This document shows positions 35,087 to 44,800 of a DNA stretch of 47,957 nt, piece by piece. Under the pieces are notes generated by a model. It made no database searches and was not told where the DNA came from. It saw nothing but the letters and a program-made list of their open reading frames with translations. The DNA is taken from the NCBI GenBank assembly GCA_017394405.1, contig JAFPYW010000060.1, positions 1-47,957 of the forward strand. The letters are read 5' to 3'. Source of the stretch: Alphaproteobacteria bacterium. GTDB taxonomy: Bacteria; Pseudomonadota; Alphaproteobacteria; CAAHEQ01; UBA3637. Numbering within the stretch: the first letter of the stretch is position 1; each line of letters opens with the position of its first letter. The position numbers were made by a program, and so were the translations under genes.

Positions 35087-36055
35087 ATGACAGAAGTACA
35101 ATTCATCATTGTGGCACCAAAAGACGACGATATCCGCTTGGATCGTTGGTTTCAACGTCATTATCCCGATTTGAAGCACGGCATGTTAGAACGGCTGATT
35201 AAAAATAAAAACATCAAACTAAATAAAGCCAAAACAACAGCGGGCACACACGTTCATACTGGCGATGAAATTCGCATTCCGCCTTTGGATACACCAAAAC
35301 GGCAAGACTCCCCTATACGTCTTTCCAAAAAAGATATTCAGATGATGCAAAATATGGTTTTATATAAAGACGGGGCCATGTTGATTTTGAACAAACCCGC
35401 GGGCTTGGCTGTTCAAGGCGGCAGTAAAACCACACACCACATTGACGGGATGTTGGATGCTTTGCGCTTTGAATCGGATGAAAAACCACATTTGGTGCAT
35501 CGGCTGGACAAAGAAACGTCCGGCGTTTTGGTATTGGCGCGATCTGCAAATGCCGCTGCTAAATTGACCGCGGCATTCAAGGGGCGTGATGTGCATAAAG
35601 TTTATTGGGCTATTGTGGCGGGGAAACCAACGCCTGTGGCCGGCAAAATTGATGCACCACTTACAAAAAAAACGGACAAAGTCGTCGTCGATTTTGACCA
35701 CGGAGATCGAGCAATTTCCGTTTATCAAACCATTGACAACGCGGGACAAAAGGCCTCATGGTTGGCCCTGAGTCCTTTAACGGGACGCACCCACCAGCTG
35801 CGTGTGCATTTAACCGATATTTTACAGACGCCTATTTTAGGGGACGATAAATACGGCAAAAAAACATTGGCGGGCATAGGAAACGGCTTGCATTTGCATG
35901 CACGAGCCATTGAAATTAAAAGTCCGGACACCCATAAAATTGTGCGAGTAATTGCCGATTTGCCCCCGCACATGAAAACAACTTTTCACATGTTGGGATT
36001 TGATGAAAAAGATCAAAAGAATCCCTTTCAATTTTTAGATAAGGAGTCAAAATGA
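35087..36055 (+). CDS. rluC: RluA-family pseudouridine synthase (RluC-like)
   Basis: S4 domain RLDRW, NKPAGLAVQGG, VHRLDKETSG, TGRTHQLRVH, LHLHA. Confidence 0.85.
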   Translation: MTEVQFIIVAPKDDDIRLDRWFQRHYPDLKHGMLERLIKNKNIKLNKAKTTAGTHVHTGDEIRIPPLDTPKRQDSPIRLSKKDIQMMQNMVLYKDGAMLILNKPAGLAVQGGSKTTHHIDGMLDALRFESDEKPHLVHRLDKETSGVLVLARSANAAAKLTAAFKGRDVHKVYWAIVAGKPTPVAGKIDAPLTKKTDKVVVDFDHGDRAISVYQTIDNAGQKASWLALSPLTGRTHQLRVHLTDILQTPILGDDKYGKKTLAGIGNGLHLHARAIEIKSPDTHKIVRVIADLPPHMKTTFHMLGFDEKDQKNPFQFLDKESK

Positions 36056-38307
36056 GAACACTGAAAAAAATCCTGCTCTTTTTATTTGTCGTGATTGTCT
36101 TGATTGCGGCAGTGGTTACAATTTTTTTGCTGACCTTTGATTTGAATCGGTATAAGAACTTTACCGAACAGAAACTGACAACTTTACTCAATCGCCCTGT
36201 TACCATTGAGTCTATGGAAACGAAATTGGCATTGATTCCGACAATTTCTATTACGGGATTCAAAATTGCCAACAATGAACCATTTGCAGACAAAGAACCA
36301 TTGATTTACATCAAAAAGATGGAAGCCGTGTTAGAATTGGCTCCATTATTAGTTTCCCAAGTCAACATACATCAGGTGGATATTGAGGATGCAGATGTTC
36401 ATATGTTCAAAACAGATAAAGCCAATAACTGGCACATAGATGATCCAAAGAAGGCCGAAAAAGAGCCACATCAAAAGGGAAATACCAAGGCAGATAATAC
36501 CAATTTGAACCTGCGCCTGATTCAGGTTAAAACATTAAACTTAAATTATCAAGACGGCAAAAACACGCAACAAGCCACCATCAAAAAATTGGATGTCAAA
36601 GATTTGCACGTTGTGTCGGGCGAAGTTGTATATAATAAACAAACTTTAACATTTACCTTAAATATGGGATCCATTTTTGATTTATTGAATCAAAAGCCGA
36701 ATTTCCCGTTGGATTTACGGATTCAATCGCGCATATTCAATGTCACGATCAACGGAAAGATTGGTGATTTCAAAGAATTCAACGACATTCAGACAACGAT
36801 TGCGCTCAGAACCGTCAACCTGAAGAATATGTTAAACTTCCTGCAAATCTCACATCCGATGTTACCTTTGCAGCACGCGAATTTGCAATTACAACTTACC
36901 GGCAGTTTAGATAAAATGGAAATTAAAAAAGCCGAATTTAACATTGGTGGCGAAAAAGATTTTGTGTTCCAAACCACCGGGAACGCCTTAAACTTGCGGA
37001 AAAATCCGACACTGCAATTGGACTTTACAGCACAATTATATCCTAATAAACTCAGCGAATTTTGGGGTGTTCCGCCCATCACAGCCAAAGGTGATTTGGA
37101 ATTGACCAAAACGTCCGCTAAAACAAAGAAAATCACATTGGATGCCAATCGTTCTGATATGCGGCTATCCGGCGATGTTCAATGGGGTAAGAATGCCTAT
37201 AAAATCAACGGGGCTTTGGCTTCTGACTTTTTGGACTTAGATGATTTCAAACGTGAAAACGCTGCCAAATCAGAAGATACGTCCACCTCCAAAAAGGCGG
37301 CCGCTTGGGAAAACATTAAATTGCCATGGGCTGAGATGAAAAAGATTTCCGGCAACGTCAGTGCGAACATTGCACACTTACATGTGGGCGACACTTTCAC
37401 GAATTACATCAGCATTGTGGCAAAACCGCAAATGTCGGCCAACAAATTGAATATGCCTTTCACAATCGGCATGTTGGACGGCCAATTGACTGGCACATTA
37501 TCGGCCAATGCGGCATTACAAAGGATTGCCTTAAATGCGAAAGGGACGCAATTAAATCTGAACGGATTACGCCCCATCAACCAAGAAGTGCAAGATGTTG
37601 TTTTATTGACCTCGGCTTCATTGGAAACAAAGGGCACAACTTTAATTAGTTTATTAAAGGCCTTGAATGGTAAAGTGGTGGCGCAAACAAATCAAGGTAA
37701 AGTTTTGAACAAATGGTTTAATTCTTTGCCTAAAGCGTTAAATTTGACCCAAAAGAAACAAAATTCCGTGGCGTTCAGCAACACAGATTCCAATGTGTCT
37801 ATCAACTGCGCGGCTGCGAATTTGAAGATTGTCAATGGCGTTTTAACCGGCAACGAACAAATTGCTTTGGAAACAAGTGCAATCAATATGGTGGCCGGCG
37901 GAACGGTGAATTTAGTGAAAAAGACGATGGATGTCACCTTGTGGCCGACATTACCGGATTACGAAAAAACAGATGACTTGTTGTCTTTATCAAAACTGAT
38001 TCGCATTTCGGGTCCGTTTAATAAACTGACGCCATCTATTGATACGCAACAAGCCACAAACAAATTGATTGAAACTGGTTTGTTAAAGTTGGCTGGCGTC
38101 AAGAATACACCGACCGCCATGCTCACGGGCACAATGTGTAAAAATGTTTTGGGTAAGGATGCTATTCAACAACAACAGGTGCAACAAAAAACTGTTCAAA
38201 AGAAAACCCAAACAACGACACCTGCGGCACAACAACAAAAAACACCGACAAAGCAAGAATTCCAACAACAATTATTGGATACCTTGTTCCAGGCCTTATC
38301 CAAATGA
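36052..38307 (+). CDS. AsmA family protein
   Basis: N-terminal TM then D.N.YK...R.VTI; beta-rich body; C-terminal INCAAA...G.VNL...I.G; follows rarA-rluC. Confidence 0.8.
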   Translation: MRTLKKILLFLFVVIVLIAAVVTIFLLTFDLNRYKNFTEQKLTTLLNRPVTIESMETKLALIPTISITGFKIANNEPFADKEPLIYIKKMEAVLELAPLLVSQVNIHQVDIEDADVHMFKTDKANNWHIDDPKKAEKEPHQKGNTKADNTNLNLRLIQVKTLNLNYQDGKNTQQATIKKLDVKDLHVVSGEVVYNKQTLTFTLNMGSIFDLLNQKPNFPLDLRIQSRIFNVTINGKIGDFKEFNDIQTTIALRTVNLKNMLNFLQISHPMLPLQHANLQLQLTGSLDKMEIKKAEFNIGGEKDFVFQTTGNALNLRKNPTLQLDFTAQLYPNKLSEFWGVPPITAKGDLELTKTSAKTKKITLDANRSDMRLSGDVQWGKNAYKINGALASDFLDLDDFKRENAAKSEDTSTSKKAAAWENIKLPWAEMKKISGNVSANIAHLHVGDTFTNYISIVAKPQMSANKLNMPFTIGMLDGQLTGTLSANAALQRIALNAKGTQLNLNGLRPINQEVQDVVLLTSASLETKGTTLISLLKALNGKVVAQTNQGKVLNKWFNSLPKALNLTQKKQNSVAFSNTDSNVSINCAAANLKIVNGVLTGNEQIALETSAINMVAGGTVNLVKKTMDVTLWPTLPDYEKTDDLLSLSKLIRISGPFNKLTPSIDTQQATNKLIETGLLKLAGVKNTPTAMLTGTMCKNVLGKDAIQQQQVQQKTVQKKTQTTTPAAQQQKTPTKQEFQQQLLDTLFQALSK

Positions 38308-38594
38308 TAACGCGCTACATCAAAATTATCGGGCGTGTGCAAGGTGTCGGCTTTCGACGCTGGGCCGAACGGACGGCCGAGAAATACCATATATCTGGAT
38401 GGGTGCGTAATTTATCTGACGGATCTGTGGAAATTATGATGAAAGGTGAAACCGCTGACGTGGATGCGTTTTTATCGGCCTGTCAATCGGGGCCGGCGTT
38501 TGCTTCCGTGATTGGCGTTCAACCGGTTGTGATACCAACATCAACACCTCCGCCCGTTCATGACGGCGTTTTTGAAAGTGTTGCCAGCGCTTAA
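38304..38594 (+). CDS. acyP: acylphosphatase
   Basis: GRVQGVGFR, GWVRNLSDGSVE, GP. Confidence 0.93.
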   Translation: MITRYIKIIGRVQGVGFRRWAERTAEKYHISGWVRNLSDGSVEIMMKGETADVDAFLSACQSGPAFASVIGVQPVVIPTSTPPPVHDGVFESVASA

Positions 38595-38596
38595 AA

Positions 38597-38929
38597 TTAA
38601 ATTGTGACTAAATTTTTGGGAACGGACATATTTTTCAAATAAGCCACGTCACAGACGTATTCCCGCACGATCGCCCCATTGTTTGTTTCAACAATTAAAA
38701 CCTTTTTCTTTTGGCGCAGGGCTTTACGAATAGCGGGGTGAATATAGTCCAAAATAACGGTATTATGATCGTTGCGGTATAACAAAGCGTGTTCACCACC
38801 ATTATAAACCAACTTCGGATTGCTGGCATCTTCCAAACGGGCGCGAATCAAAATCATCAACTCCCCTGCTTCGTTTTGCAAGATGTTAAAGCTTTTTTCC
38901 TGTTCAATCAATGGTGCCAACATTTTCAC
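38597..38929 (-). CDS. hypothetical protein
   Basis: 110-aa ORF with GAGGA RBS; start may be the ATG at 38923. Confidence 0.7.
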   Translation of the reverse strand: MKMLAPLIEQEKSFNILQNEAGELMILIRARLEDASNPKLVYNGGEHALLYRNDHNTVILDYIHPAIRKALRQKKKVLIVETNNGAIVREYVCDVAYLKNMSVPKNLVTI

Positions 38930-38994
38930 TCCTCACACAATCTTTTTCAGCATAGAGCAGAAAAAAACAAAATGCAATACCTTTTTTTGATTTT

Positions 38995-39228
38995 TTATTT
39001 GGCTTGTGTTTTGTCAAAGACAACACAGCCCTTTCCATCTATCCATTTGTCACAATCATACCGACATTCATGACGATCTGGATCCCAGACCCCACCGACA
39101 TCCAGACATTTGTCACCAAAATAAAAGTAAAAATATATTCCCGCTGCCATAATTAGGGAACAAAGCAAGATAAAAGCAAACAAAAGAATTTCAAAGCATC
39201 TTTTTATATTTTTTTTAATATCTTTCAT
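38995..39228 (-). CDS. small membrane-anchored Cys-containing protein (putative immunity/partner)
   Basis: One TM helix then DKCLDVGGVWD...C...C...GC; overlaps the end of the upstream gene. Confidence 0.7.
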   Translation of the reverse strand: MKDIKKNIKRCFEILLFAFILLCSLIMAAGIYFYFYFGDKCLDVGGVWDPDRHECRYDCDKWIDGKGCVVFDKTQAK

Positions 39229-39598
39229 TTATTCCTCCAACTCTGAATTGTTGACAACCTTCTTTTGCATTTTTATATAACACATTTTTTGCATTTTGTC
39301 TACCGGTTACATTTGCAAATTGATCTTGCATGCAATCAATTAAAGAATCTTCTATAGTCATGTTTTTCCTGATAGGATTACTTTGAGCATTTGAAAGTTC
39401 TCGAATATTGCTCAGAATGGTTGCAAGTGATTGCCCTATAGGGCCACGCCTTGACGCTTCAAAATTGGCTTTACAATGAAAATACTTATCTCCACCAATT
39501 GTTTTGTCTATATGCATATCATAATAGTTTTTACCAAAATCACGAATTGCTCCTATAATTTGACTGATTGTCGGTTGTTCTTTTAATTTATTCGTCAT
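39215..39598 (-). CDS. serum amyloid A-like domain protein
   Basis: GGDKYFHCKANFEASRRGPIG...DQFANVTGR resembles SAA DKYFHARGNYDAA.RGPGG...DQ.AN..GR. Confidence 0.75.
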   Translation of the reverse strand: MTNKLKEQPTISQIIGAIRDFGKNYYDMHIDKTIGGDKYFHCKANFEASRRGPIGQSLATILSNIRELSNAQSNPIRKNMTIEDSLIDCMQDQFANVTGRQNAKNVLYKNAKEGCQQFRVGGINERY

Positions 39599-39735
39599 AT
39601 TTTTTCCTTTCATGATAGATTTATACATAAGATATCAACCATGATATCCCTTTACATCTGCTTTATATCACTGGAATTTTGAAATACGCACCTAAAAATT
39701 AAAAACACCCTATTTTTTTATTTTGGGCATAAAAA

Positions 39736-39811
39736 TGGTGCCTGGAGACGGAATCGGACCGCCGACACAGGGATTTTCAGTCCCTTGCTCTACCAACTGA
39801 GCTATCCAGGC
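39736..39811 (-). tRNA. tRNA-Phe(GAA)
   Basis: 76-nt cloverleaf, anticodon arm AGGGA-CTGAAAA-TCCCT, encoded CCA; T-loop TCCGATT; upstream TTGCAT-N16-TATAAT. Confidence 0.95.
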
Positions 39812-39870
39812 ACGTTGTAGGGTTTATTATACACATTTTGAAACAAAATGCAAGGACTTTTTGACAAACC

Positions 39871-40458
39871 CTATTTTTTCTGTTCGACCAACCATTCGGA
39901 TTTCAATTTAGACCACACATTTGAATCCCGGAACGATTGAAGGGCTTCGGACCATTTATCTTGGCGCAAGACTCCATCCAAATGATATCCGCAGCGCTTC
40001 GGCACATTGACGGAACGCGTATTTTCCGTATCATTTCCGATCATAATACGATTTAGACCCAATTTGAAAGCCACCGATTCCAAAGCCCGCACGGCCTCGG
40101 TCATATACCCGTGGCCCACCGCGTCATTGCTCAGCCAATAACCGATTTCAGCTGATTTATTTACTTCATCAACTTGCATCAAATCGATCGCGCCCAACAC
40201 GGCCTTTGTTTTTTTATCGCGGATCAGATAGGCAAAGCCATGGCCTTCATTCCAATGTTGTTGAGCCCAATTTACCAACCAATGAGTATATTCATCCTCT
40301 GGGGTTTTGGTGCCCGGTACCCACGGCAACCATTTTTGCAATGTTTCACGCGATAATTCCACCTTTTCAAAGACCTCTTCAGCCAACTTGAAAGTGGGCG
40401 GATACGGGCGAACTAATACAATTCGTTCACTTGTGATTTTTTGTGGCATTTTGAACAT
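39871..40458 (-). CDS. RimJ/RimL family GNAT acetyltransferase
   Basis: WLPW, AEIGYWL...GHGYMTEAV, N.RS..VPKRCGY; AAGGAGG RBS. Confidence 0.9.
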   Translation of the reverse strand: MFKMPQKITSERIVLVRPYPPTFKLAEEVFEKVELSRETLQKWLPWVPGTKTPEDEYTHWLVNWAQQHWNEGHGFAYLIRDKKTKAVLGAIDLMQVDEVNKSAEIGYWLSNDAVGHGYMTEAVRALESVAFKLGLNRIMIGNDTENTRSVNVPKRCGYHLDGVLRQDKWSEALQSFRDSNVWSKLKSEWLVEQKK

Positions 40459-41086
40459 GTTTGCCTCCTTTGTTGTTGATAAATTCACCTAATTCAATTA
40501 AAAACGGAATTGTTTTCTCCCGAATTACTGCCCCCTCTACATCGCGAAATGAGGGAGAAAATTCCAGCTGCAAAACCTGGGGACGTCCGGTTGCTTTTTG
40601 CAACCGACCAGTCAAACCAATCTTGCCGCTGTATTTGGGCAAATTGACACGATACTTGATTTTATATTTACGACACAATTCCCCGGCTTTCTTTAATACG
40701 TCGGCATATTTTTGACGACCCAAATACCCAGTACCGATGGCCAAATCAAAGTTCTTGTGCACCTTCATCCCATGAATATCCAAGAAGAAAGAATCTTCCA
40801 ATTTTTGGGCCAAAATAAAATCGCTGATCATTTCTTTGCGGGGAACAAATTTATTGCGCACAATCGCGGCAAAGCCTGCCTGCTTACCCAAATACTGAAC
40901 AATAGCACCCGTTCCAACATCACGATTCTTTTCTTGCTTATGAACAAATGAATGCACAGCATGGGGCGCACAAAAACAAACAACCCCTTTACCTTTCGTG
41001 TGCGTATAAACCACCTTTGCGGTCGGACAACCTTTTCCGCCGTTTTGTGCAAAATAAGATTCATATTCTTTCAGCAACTTTTTCAT
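40427..41086 (-). CDS. N-formylglutamate amidohydrolase-like (Zn hydrolase fold) protein
   Basis: APHA, LDIHG, DLAIGTG, LQLE motifs. Confidence 0.6.
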   Translation of the reverse strand: MKKLLKEYESYFAQNGGKGCPTAKVVYTHTKGKGVVCFCAPHAVHSFVHKQEKNRDVGTGAIVQYLGKQAGFAAIVRNKFVPRKEMISDFILAQKLEDSFFLDIHGMKVHKNFDLAIGTGYLGRQKYADVLKKAGELCRKYKIKYRVNLPKYSGKIGLTGRLQKATGRPQVLQLEFSPSFRDVEGAVIREKTIPFLIELGEFINNKGGKHVQNATKNHK

Positions 41087-41113
41087 ATTTCCAACCTATC
41101 AAAATCATTTTTG

Positions 41114-41161
41114 TATGTCAAATAAAAAAGCCCGAGATGATCCCGGGCTTTTGTTTTCAAC
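41114..41161. repeat. terminator plus -35 module, copy 1
   Basis: TATGTCAAATAAAAAAGCCCGAGATGATCCCGGGCTTTTGTTTTCAAC; hairpin terminates the lipoprotein gene. Confidence 0.9.
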
Positions 41162-41168
41162 TACCTTT

Positions 41169-41774
41169 TTATTTCAGCTTCGCAGACAAGCTCGGGATAT
41201 CTGCTTGCAATTGCTGAATCAAGTTATTCAACGCCTTCTTGTATCCCTCAAATGTAGCAGCTCTTAAGGCCTCTATCCCATCTTTATAGCCCCAATATAA
41301 TGCTTCATATTCTGTGTTTTCCACTTCAGCAGAATAACGTTTAATCCGTTGGCCACTTTTATCCAAAACATTTAGTTCCAATTCCCATTCTGTCGTATAT
41401 GATGTCATTGGGCAACCAAGTAACATAGGAACTATTAGGATATTAGGAAAGCGCCAAGCCATATTATAGTCTCGCTTTACAAAAATCGGTTCCAACACCA
41501 ATTTACCTTTGATTGGACCATATTCATCAATCAAATTCTTTTCCACTTCACGACGGAAATAGGTAGCAAATTCGTTATTTAGTTGTACGCTTGTTGTAGC
41601 AGGGGTCCCAGAATCAGCATTCGACGCTTTTCCGGCTTCAAAAATTGGCTCCATATTGGGCAATTTTGGATAAATATTCCGATTATCCGGACGCATCGCT
41701 TGTTGCATATCATAACTGGCACAAGCGCTCAACAACATACCCAAACCCAAAATCGCTACTTTCAAAAATTTCAT
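41169..41774 (-). CDS. lipoprotein of unknown function
   Basis: LSAC lipobox, internal hydrophobic hairpin NILIVPMLLGCP; AAGGAGG RBS; promoter TTGACA-N17-TATGAT. Confidence 0.8.
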   Translation of the reverse strand: MKFLKVAILGLGMLLSACASYDMQQAMRPDNRNIYPKLPNMEPIFEAGKASNADSGTPATTSVQLNNEFATYFRREVEKNLIDEYGPIKGKLVLEPIFVKRDYNMAWRFPNILIVPMLLGCPMTSYTTEWELELNVLDKSGQRIKRYSAEVENTEYEALYWGYKDGIEALRAATFEGYKKALNNLIQQLQADIPSLSAKLK

Positions 41775-41825
41775 TTTTTCCTCCTTTATATTGAAATATG
41801 CTTCATCATATCAACAATAAAATTT

Positions 41826-41874
41826 TATGTCAAACAAAAAAGCCCGAGATGATCCCGGGCTTTTGTTTTTCAAC
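41826..41874. repeat. terminator plus -35 module, copy 2
   Basis: TATGTCAAACAAAAAAGCCCGAGATGATCCCGGGCTTTTGTTTTTCAAC; hairpin terminates the PFOR gene. Confidence 0.9.
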
Positions 41875-41882
41875 CGGAAAGA

Positions 41883-44800
41883 TTATTTTTCTTCCCCGGC
41901 CAGTTGCTTGTAGTATGCCCAGCGGTCATCCACCTGCTTTTGAGCCTTCTGCAACAATTCCTCATAATGTTCTGGATCTTGTTGTTTCACATACTTAAAG
42001 CGTGTTTCCGTTGCCATAAAGTCGGCGACCGGAATACTTGGCTTAGAATCCAACTGGAATGGATTTTTGCCTTCCGCTTTCAAGCGCGGATCAAAGCGAT
42101 AGAGTGGCCATAGACCGGACTTCACCGCCAATTGTTGATGGTTCAATCCTTCCTTGCCAATGTCATAACCATGGTTGATACAATGGCTATAAGCGATAAT
42201 CAACGACGGGCCATTGAAAGATTCCGCTTCATTCATGGCTTTTAATGCTTGAGCATCATTGGCACCCAAGGCAATGCTGGCCACATAAACTTCGCCTGAG
42301 CTCATGGCAATGGCGCCCAAGTCTTTACGGGGCAAAGAACTGCCAGAGACGGCAAACTTAGCAGAGGCACCAATCGGTGTCGCCTTGGAACGCTGACCAC
42401 CGGTATTGGAATACACTTCGGTATCCATCACCATAATATTCACGTTTTTGCCAGAATACAAGGCATGATCCAAACCGCCGTAGCCGATATCATAGGCCCA
42501 GCCGTCTCCACCCAAAATCCACACGGATTTCTTGACCAGGTAATCGGCATGTTCAGCCATCAACTTCACACGATCACCGGACAAGGTTGCCAATTTTTCT
42601 TTCAACGCTTTCACGCGATCACGTTGTGCAGCAATACCTTCTTCGGTTGTTTGATCGGCATTCAAAATGGAATCAGCCAATTCGGCACCAACTTGCTCTT
42701 TCAATTCGCCCAGCAATTGAATCGCGAATTCAATTTTGGAATCAACGGAGGTACGCATACCCAAACCGAATTCAGCATTGTCTTCAAAGAGCGAGTTGGC
42801 CCAAGCCGGACCCCTGCCTTCTTCATTTTGTGCATACGGTGTTGTTGGCAAGTTACCGCCATAGATGGAAGAGCAACCTGTTGCATTGGCTACCAACAAA
42901 CGATCACCAAACAATTGGGTCATCATCTTGACATACGGTGTTTCACCGCAACCGGCACAAGCGCCAGAGAATTCAAACAATGGGCGCATCAAAGCAACGC
43001 TTTTCACCATCTTCGGATTCAATTTGCTACGATCCGCATCTGGCAATTGCATAAAGAAGTCAAAGTTTTTGATTTCTTGATCAATGTGCTTTTCAATTGG
43101 CTCCATAACAAGTGTGTTCTTCGCTTTCATTGGGCAAACCTGGGTACATAAAGAGCATCCTGTACAATCTTCTGGTGCCACCTGAACGATAAACTTATTG
43201 CCAGTAAAATCTGGTGTTTTATAGTCAGCAGACTTAAAGCCCTCTGGTGCATTCGCAAAAGCTTCCGGTTTCGCCACTTTTGCACGAATAGCGGCATGCG
43301 GACAAACGGACACGCACTTACCGCATTGGATACATGTTTCCGGATCCCAACAAGGAATCTCGGTTGCCACACGGCGTTTTTCATAACGTGCGGTATCGGA
43401 TGGCCAAGTCCCATCCACAGTCCATTCAAATGCGGACACAGGCAATTCATTTCCTTTTTCTTCAATGATTTTGCCCGTCACATTACGGATCAATTCAGGA
43501 GCCGTTGCCGGCACACCTGGTTGACGATGAATCTTGGAATTTGCCTCTCCAATCTTCACTTCATACAAATGCTCCAAACTGGCATCCACAGCCTTGATAT
43601 TGGCATCCACCACTTCTTGACCTTTTTTCATATAGGTCTTGGTGATAGCCGCTTTAATCTTTTCAATCGCCACATCCTTTGGCAACACGCCAGAAATAGC
43701 AAAGAAGCAAGCCTGCATGATCGTGTTGATACGACGACCCATGCCAGTCTTACCCGCCACATCCACAGCATCAATGGCATACATTTTAATCTTTTTATCA
43801 ACGATTTCCTGTTGCACTTCAATTGGCAAACTATCCCACACTTGATCGGCGGGTGTTTGCGTGTTCAATAAGAACACCGAATTCGGAGCAGCCACCGCCA
43901 ACAAATCAATCTTGTGCAAGAATGGTTCATGGTGACAAGCTACAAAGTCCGCGGACGTGATCAAATACGGCGCTTTAATCGGGCTTTTACCAAAACGTAA
44001 GTGAGATGTTGTCATGGCCCCAGACTTTTTAGAATCATACACAAAGTATGCTTGGCCATACATATCATCGGCATCCGCAATAATCTTGATAGAGTTCTTG
44101 TTTGCACCAACGGTACCATCGGAACCCAAACCAAAGAAGATACAACGAGTTAAATCTTGGGCTGGCAAATGCCAACCAGCATCATAGTCCAAGGATCCAT
44201 TTGTCACATCATCATTGATACCAACGGTGAAGTGGTTTTTATCCACATTTTCAAACACGGCTTTTGCCATCGCAGGTGTAAACTCTTTGGAAGAAATTCC
44301 ATAACGACCACCCAACACTTTTGGCATAGCACGACCAGCGACAGCGCCTTCTGCCAATGCGGACACAACATCCAAGTAGAGTGGTTCACCAACGGAACCA
44401 GCCTCTTTGGTACGATCCAAAACGGTCACATATTTCACGGATTCAGGCAAAGCCGCCACAAATGCTTTGGATGGAAATGGACGATACAAATGCACCGCCA
44501 CAACACCATATTTGCCACCTTCTGAATTCAAAGCTTTCACTGTTTCGGTCAGTGTTTCCACGCCGGAACCCATAGCGACCACAACATGTTCAGCGTCTTT
44601 TGCACCAACATAATCCACAATGTGATAAGCGCGACCGGTCACTTCTTCAAACTTGCGCATACATTTTTCAACGATTTCCGGACAAGCTTGATAATACTTA
44701 TTTGCGGCTTCTTTAATTTGGAAGAACACATCTGGGTTTTGGGCTGTACCACGAACCTTTGGATGATCTGGCGTCAAAGCGTTTTTACCAGTAAAGTCTG

